Made by a program: the position numbers and the translations under genes | The notes under the pieces: generated by a model | What the model was told of the DNA's origin: nothing | The model's input: only the letters and a program-made list of their open reading frames with translations | The model's database searches: none | Shown here: in pieces, positions 1 to 14,138 of the stretch | Layout: every line of letters starts with the position of its first letter | Position numbering within the stretch: the stretch's first letter is position 1 | From: Parasitella parasitica NRRL 2501 | Lineage: Eukaryota; Fungi; Mucoromycota | DNA: 64,000 bases | Assembly: GCA_025201805.1 (NCBI GenBank) | Contig: MU619263.1 | Span: 219,701-283,700 of the forward strand | Direction: 5' to 3'

Positions 1-518
1 AGTTTTGGATGGGATGTGGTGTTTGGAACCAGTTTTTACCTGTGTTGGTCCAAATTCTCATTTTCTGCCAAAGCAGGCTGTAGCTGCGATTTCAGGAATT
101 GCTGGCTTGTTGTCAATGTCTGGATAATGTCTTGTTGCTGTCTTGTTCATCGTTGTTGATTTTGCTATTGCAACTGAAAGGATATTGCGCTAACAGGGAA
201 TGGTGGTAAGGGTTATGCCCAACTTCTTTGTTATAATTGTTGTTGAATGTATGCATCACGAAAGTAAGATGTATACATTCAGAGCTCTGATAATAAACGA
301 GATTTTGTGGTAAGCCAGGACTTCAATTTTACTGTCTCAATGCAGGGAAATGTTCAGTCTCTTTCACTCATTTACCTTTTACGTTTGAAAGGGGTTTGTT
401 TTTTTTTTTTCAATTTTTATTTCAACGATGCACGATACTGTATGTTTAAGCGAAAAATGTAACAAAAAAAAAACTCTTTATAACTTATATAAAAAAAACC
501 GCTAGCATTTTAAAGAAT

Positions 519-1919
519 TTACTTCTTTTCCTTCTTGGGGGGTTCATAGCTGGTAGCCAGAAGCTTAACAATCTCCTCATCGTTGACAGACTTATCAGAC
601 TGAGCCTCAACAGCATCGTAGCGAGGGTGAGTGAGCAAAGTGTTGCCCTTCTTGGTGACCATGACGGTGGCCAAATATTGGGCAACTACAGCTTCATCAC
701 GTTCGTACATGACATCATAAGGCAAAACAGTTTGATGCTTGGCAGCTTCGACAATACCCATACGAGCTTTACGCTCATCTTCTAAATCACGAAGAGAGAA
801 AGGGAAGGCACCAGCCTTGTCTTGAATTTCGGACAAAACAGCACGAGAAGCAGCCATCTTCAATTGGTAACGGATACCAGTCTTTTTGTAGATGGTAGTA
901 CGGGTCTTCAAAGGACGAACCTTACCTTCGCCAGTAGAGATGAGAATGTCGACAGCATAGACTTCATTTTCGGCAAATTCGATACGCTTGAAATCACGCA
1001 AATGGTTGTCGGAGGGGTTCAAGATGATTTGCTTCTCACCATCAGTCTTATCTTTGAGTTGGTTGTGAGATAACATGCCTTCAACAGCCTTCACGCCATA
1101 AGCTTCGGCAATCTTATTAACAGCCTTGGTAATATCCATATTCTGATACAATGTTTGAGTGATTTTGCTGGCCAATTAACTCGGGAATTACAAACCTTGT
1201 TACCAGGGCGGATCATGCGAAGTGTAGCCTCCAAGGCAGTCTCGGCAGCCTTGATAGCGTCAGCCTTGGAGCCGCTGATAGGACCCTTGGCACCAACAAC
1301 AATGGTAGTGGCGACAGTGGCACAGTAACCGTCGAATTGGACACCCAATTGACTATTTCACAATGTTACATGTCATGCAAAAAAAAAAAAACCACCAAAA
1401 AAAAAAAAAAAACAACTTACATCTTGGCAACATCACCCTCCTTCAGGGTAGCGGCAGCCTCGGGATCAGAGACAATAGGACTGAAATGAGCAACGCAGTT
1501 GTTGACAGAAACGGTGGTAGGGAACCCAATACCTTTAAATTTTTGATATTTAGCGAAATCACAACACAAAAGCCACAAAACGCAATGTTAGTTTTACCCT
1601 TATTGGTCTTGATCTTGCTGTAAATGGCCTCGGTGGCCTTTACGATGGCCTTGTCACCTTCGACACAGATATCAATGATCTTGGCGTCGACAACACAAAG
1701 CTTGATGACCTTGTCAAGGACAGCTAAAAAAAAAAAAAAAACAACAGTTAGATGTTCAAATGTCAAAAAAAAAAGCGCGTTATTGTTAAAGATCGTACCA
1801 TCAGCAATCTTGCCGGCATCCTTATACTTTGTTTGAACGTTGCTGTCAGAGATGTCAAGAACAACGGGTTCAGCAACCTTCTTGGTCTCGGTAGGTTTAG
1901 CAGCCTTGGTGTCAGACAT
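519..1919 (-). CDS. PA2G4: Proliferation-associated 2G4 / Ebp1 / curved-DNA-binding protein (M24 peptidase fold, non-catalytic), multi-exon
   Basis: Exons give TKYKDAGKIAD..VLDKVI, GFPTTVSVNNCVAHFSP, LGVQFDGY, VEGMLSHNQ, EVYAVDILISTGEGK, YQLKMAASR, FPFSLR; GT-AG introns join ORFs 1443-1919, 1091-1348 and 519-1175. Confidence 0.92.
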
Positions 1920-2264
1920 TATTATAACAAAAAAGTTTTCGAGTTGAGAAGAAAGAGAGGTAAAATTTTAATCTTTTGCAGTTGTTGCCCTGTTTTTACA
2001 AGGGAAAGCGAGTCACCGCAGTAAAGGCGAGTTGCTCATTGCTAACAGACATCGTTCTGCTATGCGATACATCACACGCACGATATATCCTTGGATGCTA
2101 TGCTGTATATACTAGAATTGGTTTATTCATGTCGGGCAAAAAGTGGGGGGGGGGGAGGGGGGGGGGGGGGAGGGAGGGATCTAAGAGGAGAGGTGAAGAT
2201 GTATGTTGCAGCTTGAGAAATAGTAGTGTTCTACGGCAGATGTAAATTGCAAATCCAATGTTTT

Positions 2265-2704
2265 CTACTTTTTCACTTTGTTATCCATGAACTCCTTTGC
2301 TTCATTAATCTTCAGTGCTAAAAATGGAGAGCCTCCACGGTCAGGATGGTTGAGCAACATGATACGTCTGTGTGCTTCCTTGATCTTTTGTCTCGTTGCT
2401 GCTGATTCTCTACAAACATTTGAGATTGCATATAAACAATTGAGCCCTCCACATGTCAAGGCCGACTCTTACCTGACACCGAGAATTAAAGCTGCCTCTC
2501 TCTTGTTCATCTTGGCATCAAATCCTCCCTTGTAAAACTTGGAGATTCTGGGTGTCTTTGGTAATTTTTGATATTCTTGGAATGCCTTGATACCGAGACG
2601 CCCAGCAGTAGCTGCACCGGCAATGACAAAGCCCATTATAACAGCAGTCGACTATACGTTTACATGAGCGATGGTCTATTGCGATGTCAAATATGACTTA
2701 CCAT
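2265..2704 (-). CDS. PAM18: Mitochondrial import J-protein Pam18/Tim14
   Basis: [21 protein letters not shown]...[31 protein letters not shown]; first coding exon is only ATG, followed by gtaagt. Confidence 0.93.
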
Positions 2705-3418
2705 TTTCTATTTCAATTTGCACAATGGAATAGTAGAAGAAGAAGAAAAAAAAAAAAGTTCCCTGAGTTTCATGGCCCCAGGATTTGACTTTTTTTAACG
2801 GTTTGATTGGTCATTGACATAATTCTCGTCTTGGTGGAAGCGATTGTACGTAAAAGGTATAGCTGTCAGGGTTATCCTAGCTTTTGCTTAAGCGACTGGG
2901 GCATACCTGTTGATGCACACGAGAATATTCTGTTTTATATAAAAGCGATACGCAGCCAATGTTGTTTGACTTTTATGTGTGGTTGCCTAAAAAAAGCAAA
3001 GGTGACATTTTAATCAGTAATAGCCAAAGACCTTGCAAACTGACATAGCAGGGCAGATGGCGTTATTCAATATTGATTCAACACTGATAATTTTCAGCAC
3101 CACATCTAATACTGCTCAAGTTTCTCATAATTCAATAACAATTACATGAAAAATATAAAGCAAAGGATTGATCTTTCAAAGCAATTTTTTTTTTGCTTTT
3201 TGGTATGTATGCACATTAATACCTACACACCTGACAAAGACAAAGCACCTTATATATGCAGAATGCAAGATATGTTGGCTTATAAACCAATTAATCCGAC
3301 ATTTGTAGCATTTCAACAATGCCTTCTCCTTTAAATTTTGATATGTATTCATGAGTAAAGAAAAAAAAAAGTTGGTTTTATATATAAAAACAGGGTATAT
3401 TGATATATCAGTGAAATA

Positions 3419-5564
3419 TTAATCATCTTCCTCCTCTTCATCTTCCTCTACAATCATTTTGTTTTCTAATCTACTACGCAAGTTGTATTGGCGTTCTTCT
3501 ATATTGTATCTAGAACGTGGAATAAGGATATCGGCTCTACTTGGCTAATTAACGGGATGAATTTAGTGAGATGGGCGACTTAAGTATTAAATCTATCTGC
3601 CTTACCATCGGAGACACACGGTGGAAGGCTGTCATGCTGTTGTTTACATCTGGCTCGGCCAATTCGGCTTTGCTGCATACACTCTTGCCATCTTCATCCT
3701 CATCCTCTCCAACCGAAGTAGCTGGAGAGGATGCAAGAGAAATCTGATCGTCGTCATAGTCATCATCAGCCGCAGAACTACATGTGGAGGATGTGTTTAG
3801 TATTAATTCATCGTCCTCCCTTGTTGGCGTAATGGAATGAATAGGAGTGAGAGGTAGCAGGGCTGTAGGATCCAAGGCAGGGTGTTTTGTCGCACATGAG
3901 TGTGTTGTGTTGTCTACATTGACGATGGGTATCGCTGTGATGATGGGTGGAGCAACCATGGTCCTCAGCATGAATTTATGTTGCTGCACTGCGCCAGGAA
4001 ACCGTTTATGGCTTGAGACTAATTTTATCATTGGCTTTGACTTGACTCTATTGTCGCCAAGTGCTGGCTTGGGAGCAAACCACGATTTAAGCGAGTCTAT
4101 CCAACCATCGTCGTTGTGGTTGTGCTCTATTTGTGTCGCACAAACGGGTTCAGACGGCAGTGTTTCGTCGGAAGTAACATTTACGGCATGGTTCGACTTT
4201 GAAAGCAACATTGTCCACAGGGTTCCGAGCATACCAAAATGATTTAAGCGCATTTCTTTAACAACAGACGTATCAAAACCTGCATTCAGCAGTGAGTCAG
4301 CTGTATATTGTTCCTTTAATTGTTGGCCTTTGTCTGCTACTGGAGCCAGAGGCGTTTGATTAGTAACATAGACATCGCTCAACCACGGATGATGTCTGAT
4401 CTGCGATATGCCAAGTCTTTCGTAGGGATTTGCTTTCAAGATTTTTTGAACCAGATCTGCAACGTCTGTACAAATAATAGGCATTAGGTCTGTAAACAGT
4501 GGCATTGTTTATGTGTAGTATACCTTCTGAAAAATAAGTCGGCATAGAATACTCGATCTTGACCACTTTTCTCTGCAGCTCTGATTCCGAGTCATCATCA
4601 AATGGCAATTCACCAGCAAGCAGCGTATATAGAATCACGCCCAACGACCATATGTCGGTTGCTACAGGTTACACAAAAAGAGTAAGGAATCAGTCAAGCT
4701 TTAACAGAAAATCACGGTTCAAACTCTACCAGGCCCAGAGTAATTTTGACGTTGGATCACCTCTNNNNNNNNNNNNNNNNNNNNAAAAAAAAAAAAAAAG
4801 AAGTGCGATGCAGATTAGTTTAAAACAACTAGTTTTCTTTATGTATTTGTATAACTTACCAGGCGCCGAATAAGCTAAACTTCCACAGAACGTTTTCAAA
4901 AGCTGGTTTTTATCGGTCTGACGTGCGAAACCGAAATCACAAATCTTGACATTGTCATGCTCGTCTAGCAGAATATTCTCTAGCTTCAGGTCTCTGTGTA
5001 TGATCCCCAGAGAATGGCAGTATTGCATAGCATCAGTCAATTGCAGAAACCATTTTTTCACATGTGGCTCGGGGAATCGTGTTGTTTTTGCCAACGCATC
5101 AAATAAATCGCCATGTGGACAGTGTTCGGAAACAATAAATACGCTCGTTTCAGTAGATAGAATCTCGTACAATGCCACAATGTTTGGGTGATGGAGCTGT
5201 TTATGATGATGGATCTCGCGAGCCATGAGCGGGGCATGCTTTTTGCTGATCTTTTTGATAGCGACAGGTCGACAGGTTAGCTGATGCACACCTAATTTTA
5301 CCTTGCCGTAACTTCCCTACATGCTTTTGTCAGTCTATCAATTCCTACAATGATACTAAAAATCGACATCATACCCTGCCAATGGTCTCTCCCAATGTGT
5401 AACATCCAATTGATCTCAGCTTGGGAGATGTGAGTTCCTTCAACAGGTCATTATAATCTGCTGCCAGCTAGAGCGGTATTTTTTAATTATTAATCTGCAC
5501 TCATGCGCATTCCCACACTTATAATTACTTTGGCTTTTCGATTGCGAATGACAGAATTTGGCAT
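3419..5564 (-). CDS. CAMK/AMPK-like Ser/Thr protein kinase with low-complexity C-terminus
   Basis: YTLGETIG, GSYGKVKLG, VAIKKI, HRDLKLEN, DFG, TFCGSLAYSAP, DIWSLGVILY; last exon ends ..EEDEEEEDD-stop at 3419; an N gap lies within an intron. Confidence 0.9.
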
Positions 5565-6050
5565 TCTATGTCTATAATTGAAAAATTAAGGGAAAAATAA
5601 AAAAAAAAGAAGAAAGAGAAGATAGAAAATTAGAAAAGGATGGGAAGGGAAGGGAGGCAGGATTAAATAAACAACTCATTCTGAACTGAAATCACCACTG
5701 TATAGTCACAATGGACATCTGCGCTATGTACGGTACATGGTTAAATCAAAATAGACTTCATTGTAAGCATAAAAATTGGCAATATATTAAATGTATATCA
5801 CCAGCTGGTTGTATCACAAAAAGTTTAATTTCCAATGCCCTAATAGACGTCTTTTTTGTGTTGTCATTAAATATTTCATTGTACAGGCAAGACAATAGGA
5901 TCTCCTCTTACAAAAAGGGGAGGAAGGCCATCATCATGTGGTAACCGCACCAAAAAAAGAACCACAGCTTCATTATCTCATTACGGCCAGCGTCGAGCAC
6001 ATACCGTCATCTTCTTCAAGACTAAAATAGGCAAAGGCGGACTCTCCGTC

Positions 6051-6121
6051 TCCTTCTCCCTCTCTCACTCTCTCACTCTCACTCTCACTCTCTCACTCTC
6101 TCTCTCTCTCTCTCTTTCTCT
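6051..6121. repeat. (CT)n/(CTCTCA)n microsatellite
   Basis: Direct reading; lies in the divergent promoter region. Confidence 0.9.
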
Positions 6122-6282
6122 TTCTTATTTAAGAAATCAAATTTATTATCCTTTCCCTCTCTCTCTGTCTCTCTCTCTTTCTTTCTCAAGGCCCGATACC
6201 ATTGCACGCATAATATATCAGATAATTGTAATATCCAAACACACATATACACTCCCTGCCTACATCCAATATCCCAGAAACA

Positions 6283-7448
6283 ATGGTAAAGTAACGAAAT
6301 AATAGAGCTAAAGAACCCAAGATAATCATGCTTCTGTCTAGTCATTTCCCGAGCCGTTGCCATCGGCATCAACACCACTTCAATCTGAATCCGATATACG
6401 AACCGAGACAAACCACAGGCCTCGAAGACACACCATAACACGGCCAGACTCAGCCATGGCATTGTTATCAGATTTGGAGGACGATGGGGGTAACGATGAG
6501 GACCAGCAGCAGGAAGCATTTGATAGAATCTCAAACATTTTAAACAGCTTAATACAAGAGGCAAATGACGCTGTTCATGGCATCGAAAATGAGCGCGTTC
6601 AGCTTCTATCTTCAAATACAAGCAGAAAACCATCGAAAACTCCAAGAGTGTTTACATCTTCGACAATTATCACGCAAAAACACAATGATTGCGAGAAACC
6701 AGCAAGGCCAACCAAGTCTCGCTCCTCAATACATCAGCGGAACTCGAGCGCTTCTTCATCAGCGTCGTCGTCAAACTCTATGTTCTCGCCAGCTTCGGCA
6801 GCAGGTACAAGTGCAACGTTATCGCCGTCTCCTTCGCCGACTTTAACAAACTTCAAAAAGCAATTATTCAGACACACGGCACCACGACATCGGTCTTGCC
6901 CTATGCCCTCTCGTCGATCAATGACGCCGAGAACCAAGAGGAGCAACCATCTTGCAGTGGCATCTGATCCCATCACCGAATCGTTCAAAAGACTAGACAC
7001 ATCCATGGCATTGGTGGACTCGCTCTCTCGTGACCTGGCGACACAGAAAGTAAAGGACAACAACAACACCATTCTTTTTCTACTTGTACCATTGCTGCAT
7101 ATACCACATTCGCTCATCACCATGATTTTCGACCTCTGCTCCTCCAACAGCACCATCAGCACAGACAAGCCAGCTTCTTCGTTCATGTCCTCTCTGATTC
7201 TGTGGGTGTGTGTGTTTGCTGCTACACATTTAATGGTGGATCAGGTCTCTGCCGTACCCGCAAAAAAGCCATTGATGCAAAAATCACGACGCACGTCCAT
7301 TCCAGGATCCTTTACAAATAATAATGCAAAAAGACACCTGGCTGAGAGGAAAACGACGACAACAGCAGCTTCTACAAAGCGCACTTGGATACCAGCAACT
7401 GTACAGCAACAAGCATTGCCTGAAGTAAGGAGAAGAAAGTCCATTTAG
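6283..7448 (+). CDS. Hypothetical Ser-rich protein with two C-terminal hydrophobic segments
   Basis: 363-aa ORF; ATG at 6283, then intron 6286-6341, splices in frame to SFPEPLPSAS; helical motif FDRISNILNSLIQEANDAV. Confidence 0.7.
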
Positions 7449-8322
7449 GCCCNNNNNNNNNNNNNNNNNNNNNNNNNNNNNNNNNNNNNNNNNNNNNNNN
7501 NNNNNNNNNNNNNNNNNNNNNNNNNNNNNNNNNNNNNNNNNNNNNNNNNNNNNNNNNCTTAATAAAAGGGGGGCAGGCGGTTTTTATATACAAGTCCCAG
7601 TAGGCAGCAAAAGATACAGATCTGCTAATATAGTAATAATAATAATAATAACAGCAATGATGGGATAAAGTATGGTGAATAATCCAACATTGTGCATTTG
7701 AAGGGCCATCACATTTAGCAATTCTGAATACTTTAAATGTGCTTTTAGTTTTGTTATTATTCACTGTATTGACTCTACTCGACATCTCTTTGCATATCCC
7801 TTGTAAACATTGCTTCAAAGTTTTGTTTTCTCAAGACCAGATAACCATGACATGTCTTGAGGAATATTTGATCTTTTCAGTGCTACACATTCTTCATAGC
7901 TTGTCTATTTCCACTTTTTTGATGATGCTTTTATTACGACTGTGTATAGCTTCAAGCTGTGATAGTGATGGGGCGCAAAGACCTCCAAGATTTTTGAATA
8001 GCAATGCTATATAATACATTCGGTTTGCCAATGTCATCAGGCGAAAATTTGATCTAGCTATGCCATCACATCTTTGATATCATCCTAATTCTTTTTTTTC
8101 TTCTTCTTCTTTGCTTTGAGGATAGCTTTGATAAACACCAAATACTCAAATCTTTTGGGAATTTGTACGTGTGTTCATCTATAGTATAAGCGATACAATC
8201 AGGCAACCACGAAGGAACAGAGGCAGCTGCTAGCTGTGACGGTACTCCATAACCTTTCATGGTCGAAATGAGATTTATTTTTTCCTTCTCTTTCAACGAC
8301 ATCAAGCTCTGTAACTCCAACG

Positions 8323-10842
8323 ATGGCTGACGAGTTAAATACCAACGAAAATAACAAGCGTCCTCTTGACGACGACTCCCCAGCTGTAGAAGAAGATTCT
8401 GGCAAGTAACGCCACTATAATTGCCTGAAATATTGGCTAATTTTCGTATTCTACACTTTTTTTTTTTTTTTTTTTAGACGATGATATTGGACCTGCTCTC
8501 CCTCCGCCTCCTACAGAGGAAGCACCCAAGAAGAAAAAGAGAAGTAATTACCAGCACAGTGCCAAGTAGCAATAGTCGGCTCACAATTCTTGATTTGTAG
8601 CACTGATTTATGAAAAGCTCTACCTGGAACACCTGCCAAATGCTGACATGTACGAAAAAAGCTACATGCATCGCGACGTACTGAACCAAGTAGCTATTAC
8701 AAAGTAAGTAACTGTCGATCCTCAACGGCATTTGCGCATAAACTCAACTCATCTTGTAGGAACGATTTTATTGTTACAACTTCTGTCGACGGTCATTTGA
8801 AATTTTGGAAAAAGACTGCGTCAGGCATCGAATTTGTAAAGCACTATAAATCGCATCTGTCAAGCATTGTCGATATCAGTCTATCTGCAGACAATGAACT
8901 GCTAGCGACTATTTCCGATGACAAGTCTCTCAAGGTGTACGATATCACTAATTTCGGTAAGCAAAAGATCAATCCATCATCGTTGACCTGGGATTCATGT
9001 TCATGTTTGCTAGATATGATCAATATGATCAAGTTAAAGTACAGACCCAAAGCTGTTTGCTGGATCCATCAAAAAGGACAGGCACAAGCTTTAGCTGCAG
9101 TGTAAGCGTTATTGAAGAAATAGAAAAAGAAGAAAAAAAAATAGAAAAGTACTCATTCATTGTGAAATCATGCTCACAGATCTGAGGCCGATAACTCGAA
9201 TATTCACATATACGATGGACGATCTGACGGAAAACCTCTCCACACACTATCCAAAATGCACTCAAAGCCGGTTCATTTAATAGAGTTCAACTCGAGGTTT
9301 GACACTGCTGTATCTGTGGACTCGTTGGGGATGATCGAGTATTGGTCCCCAGAAGAACCTTTTGGATTGCCAGACAGCCTCGATTTTAACATGAAATCCC
9401 AAACAGACTTGTACGAGTTTAGAAAGGTAAGGATACTCGACCTAAATTTTTTTTTAAAAAAAACTTAACCGGAATATGCTGACCTTTGCGCTAGAAAAAA
9501 TCAGTGCCCACCTGCTTGAATTTCTCTGCTGACGGATTGAGTTTTGTCACCATGAGTTTCCCTGATCGTCAAGTCAGGTTATTTAAATTTTTGACCGGCA
9601 AAATGTATAGAGAGTACGATGAAAGTCTGCACGTTATTAGCGAAATGCAACAGGCTGGCACATCAATCTTCAAATTGGACGACATGGAGTTTGGTAGACG
9701 ATTAGCCGTTGAAAAGGAATTGGAAAAGTCAAACCAAGCAAGATTTGTAAACGCAGTTTTTGACGAAACTGGAAACTTTATCATCTACGGGGCATTGCTC
9801 GGTATTAAAGGTAGAGCTTACGAGCAATCTTTGGGATGAACGCTGGTGGTGCTAAATCTGAATATTCCGTGTAGTTATCAACGTAAAGACTAACAAAGTG
9901 GCCCGCGTTATTGGTAAATCAGAGTCTAACCGATTTGTCAACGTTGGTTTATATCAAGGGGCACCCAAAAAGAAGGGCGTTTATACTCTAGTAAGAAAGC
10001 CTTGGGTAGTTTGGTGAAAATCACACACTGAACAATGCTTTGTAATAGGCAATGGCCGCTTCTGACAATGCAGCCCTTAAAGAAAGCCAAGAGCTCGACC
10101 CTACACTTTTCTGCACAGCATTCAATAAGAATAGGTTCTACATGATGACCCGTAGAGAGCCCTTTGAGTAAGATTTGGTTCTCTAGCTACAGTATGGTAT
10201 ACTAATTTTTCATGATAATAGCAATGCTCAAAAGGGAGAGCGTGATGTCTTTAACGAAAAGCCCTCTCGTGAAGAACAAACAGTTGCAGCAACCCAAGAA
10301 CGTAAGCAAGTACTTGGTACTTCTGCCATCTTGCGTACCACTTCAGGTGATATCCATATGCGTTTGTTCCCTGATGCTGCGCCCAAGGCAGTCGAAAACT
10401 TTGTAACGCACGCCAAGAATGGATATTACGATAACCTGATTTTCCATCGTGTCATCAAGGGATTTATGATTCAGACTGGCTGTCCATTTGGTGATGGCAC
10501 TGGCGGTGAATCTATTTGGGGCGATGATTTCGAGGATGAATTTTCAAGAGAGTTTAAACATGATCGTCCATATACAGTGAGTATGGCTAATGCCGGTCCA
10601 AACACTAATGGTAGCCAATTCTTCATCACAGTTGCTCCTGCCGTAAGTTTCTATTTGTATTATTTGATATGTGGCCAAACTAAACCCTGTACGGAATATA
10701 GACATGGCTGGATAATAAGCACACTGTGTTTGGTAGAGTTACGGCTGGTATGGATGTAGTGCATAGTGTAGAAAATGCCAAGGTGGATAAAACAAACAAG
10801 CCTTATGATGATATCAAAATTATCAATATTGAAATTCGATAG
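8323..10842 (+). CDS. PPWD1: WD40-repeat cyclophilin (PPWD1/Cyp15)
   Basis: [80 protein letters not shown]; about 10 introns, the first GC-AG. Confidence 0.95.
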
Positions 10843-11166
10843 AGTATATATATAATAATAAAATTAGATGTTTGTAATGACACTGAATTTATTACAATTC
10901 TCCTTTCGCCAAGTACTACTTTTTNNNNNNNNNNNNNNNNNNNNNNNNNNNNNNNNNNNNNNNNNNNNNNNNNNNNNNNNNNNNNNNNNNNNNNNNNNNN
11001 NNNNNNNNNNNNNNNNNNNNNNNNNNNNNNNNNNNNNNNNNNNNNNNNNNNNNNNNNNNNNNNNNNNNNNNNNNNNNNNNNNNNNNNNNNNNNNNNNNNN
11101 NNNNNNNNNNNNNNNNNNNNNNNNCCCCCCCTGTATATTTCAAACAACTAATTTCCTGCTTTTGCA

Positions 11167-13832
11167 ATGGGAACTGATCTTGCATCCAACATATCTACCA
11201 GATCAAAGGTTGCTCTTGTTACTCTTATCAGCGTTTCTGTTCTCGGGAGCGTTTATTACGGCAAATACAAACGGAGCAAGGACAAAGTGTCGTCGAGCGA
11301 CAATAAACTGGCAGCTATCGATGACAACTCATTGTACAATGATTTTGTTGCTTCGTTGCCAGAGTCTCTCAGTCTGTTTGATAACTCTGCCGACAGCTTT
11401 TTGAGCAGCCTGTTTGGCTCAAGCTACTCCCCTGCCGACTATATACCCGGATTCATTCCCACTTCCCTCGAGGAGCTGAAAGAACACATGGCTTCACTTT
11501 ATCCTAATTTTGAGAGCCAATTCGAGACTATCCGTGAAATGTACAACTCGTTCTGGGAGTTTTTGTCGCTGGAAGAGTTTAAAAACATTGTTAGAGAGTC
11601 GATGGAGGAGGATGACGATCCTGAATTGCACCCAGAGATTGAACATGACGCCTATGTGAGGACGGGCCAAGCGCTATCAGAAGAAGAAATTCAGTTTGCT
11701 CAGGTAAGAAAGCAAAAGATGAAGGCTGCCTTTGCCTTTTTCATTGGAGTAGAGGAACATGAGGTCGAGCTCGATGATATTCCCCATATCGGAATTGCAT
11801 CAAGGTAAGATGAAAAAAAAAAAAGACTACGGCGTTCTTTGCGAGTATACGGTATATTTGACTGGACTGTTTGCATGTACCGTACATTTTAGTGGAGGTG
11901 GTTATCGCGCCATGGTGGGCTGTTCTGGATATTTGCATGCATTGAACGAAACAGGTATCCTTGACTGTGTGCTGTACATGGCAGGTGTATCTGGATCAAC
12001 ATGGGCCATGTCCCAGTTCTACAGCCCCTTGACCGACGCATCAGCGGAGACGCTCAAGGGCCATCTTTCAAGTCGAATCCATACACACATTGCCAATTTA
12101 TCCAACTTTTTAACGGTGCTGAATGCATCGCGCCACAATGCCAAAATCCTGCTACATGGCATTGTGCAGCGCTATTACCAGCAAAATGGAAGCGTCAGCT
12201 TGGTGGACATCTTTGGTATGCTATTGGGCGGCACGCTTTTAGCCAAGAAAATAACCGTTGCGCCGCCAAACGACGAGAAAGCTGGAAAAATAAAGGAAAA
12301 CGATGCAAACTCGTACAGCGAGAATATAGAGGATCCGTCAGACATTGGACTCCACAATCAACAAGAGCACACTCAGTCAGGAACTGTTCACGAAGACGAT
12401 GGTACGGAGGTCAAGCCGCGTTTGCTCAACAAGAATGAAATCAAGCTGTCTATGCAGAAAAGTTATTTCCAAGATGGATCGCTGCCCATGCCAATTTATT
12501 GCGCTGTCAGACACGAGGTGGAGCCTGCTCATCTGAATAAGGCGGCTACTGTTTCATCCAAGCAAGGTCTTGAGCCATGTAAAGAGACTGAGGATGTGGT
12601 GGAAAAGAATCAAATTGATGTCAAGGAGACCGGACAAGAAGAAGAGGAGGAGGAGGAGGAGGAGGAGGAAAGAGACGACAAGGATAAAGAGGAAATGCAA
12701 GAGGAAACAAATGATCTCTACCAATGGTTTGAATTTACACCCTATGATATGGGAAGCGAAGAGATTAACGGTAATATATTTTACACATAAAAAAAAAAAA
12801 AAAGTTTACATGTATTATAGTGCTAAACACCTTATTACCTATACAGCGTGGATTCCAACATGGTCGTTTGGAAGAAAGTTTGAAAATGGCAAGAATTTGG
12901 AAAGACTTCCCGAGCAAAGTCTAGGCATACTCATGGGCATGTTTGGGTCTGCATTTGTTGCGAGCCTTGCTCACTTTTACCAAGAAATTCGCTTGCTGTT
13001 GCCTACATCCGCCATAGAAAAGGCTGATGAAATGATCCGCAGTTACAAAGCATCTGTATCCTCCATCCACCCCATCTCGCCTGCATCATTTCCCAATCCT
13101 TTTTACAGAATGCCAACAACTGTGCAAGACAAAGATGAATCGCAAGATAAGCAAGAAGTTTTGCGATCTCACAGCCTAGTTGAATCCGAACTGATCGGGC
13201 TGATGGACGCTGGTATGGACAACAACTTGCCTTTTTACCCTTTGCTGAGACAAGGCCGCGATGTGGATGTCATCCTCGCCATTGATTTGAGTGCTGATAT
13301 CCAAGATTCGCCCTACTTTGAGCGCGCAGAGGGGTATGTCAAACGGCGTGGCATTAAAGGCTGGCCTGCTGGTGCAGGATGGCCTCGTCAAAAGAAATCA
13401 GAGAGCGGCTCTGACCCTGTCGCGGTAGCTCGTCAAACGAAACCCTCTGTCGCAGACAAAGAGCAGGTCAAGACATCGAAATACGCTCTAGACACATGCA
13501 CAGTTTTCGAATCAAGCTCCTCAGAAACTATCCCTTCAAGCAACAATGACACATCCAGCATCACAAGTTATCCCGAAAACACCAACCCCATCACCCTCGT
13601 TTATTTCCCACTGATCGTCAACGAAAACTACGACCCCGAATTTGACCCTCAAACAGCTGAATTCTGCAGCACATGGAACTTTGTCTACTCTTCCGCCCAA
13701 GTCAGCAAGTTACACGGATTAGCGGAAGCCAACGTCAAGGATAACCTAGAAACAGTGCGCAAGGTAGTCAAGGACACATGGAAGCGCAAGAGAAGCGAAC
13801 GACTGAAAAAAGAGGATTTATCTCGAATGTAA
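11167..13832 (+). CDS. Lysophospholipase / cytosolic phospholipase A2 family, N-terminal membrane anchor
   Basis: SGGGYRAM oxyanion motif, GVSGSTW nucleophile, WFEFTP, MDAG catalytic Asp; introns about 11805-11892 and 12771-12847. Confidence 0.9.
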
Positions 13833-13880
13833 CGCCTTTTATTTAGCAATATGTACTTGTCATATATAAAAAATACACAG

Positions 13881-14138
13881 CTATTTACTAAGTGTATGTT
13901 CCAGCTTGTGAAGATGCTGCACATCTTTGGGCGTGCCTTCGTTTTCAACCTTGCGGATCATTTGAGGGTACAAGTCCCAATCCTCGCATTCGTCTTTTGA
14001 CTGTTGAGCACTGCATACGAATCCATTGTCAATCTTGTCGCATTTTTTCTCGTTGACAGTGTCTCTGTAGACGGAGGGGTGTGTCGTGGTATCAAGATCG
14101 TCGTGAGCCTGTTGTCTGTTTTTGTTGGTATCCGCCAT
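13881..14138 (-). CDS. Small hypothetical hydrophilic protein (85 aa)
   Basis: ORF with aaaATGG start context and coding-like GC content; no family recognised. Confidence 0.45.
   Translation of the reverse strand: MADTNKNRQQAHDDLDTTTHPSVYRDTVNEKKCDKIDNGFVCSAQQSKDECEDWDLYPQMIRKVENEGTPKDVQHLHKLEHTLSK

Noticed and set aside
1-260. Coding-looking minus-strand sequence at the window edge
   Set aside because: The frames examined hit stops within about 50 codons, and no product could be assigned without the flanking sequence
7600-8320. Minus-strand ORF 8066-8320 and nearby ORFs
   Set aside because: The start lies within about 20 nt of the PPWD1 ATG, stops interrupt the frames and no motif is recognisable
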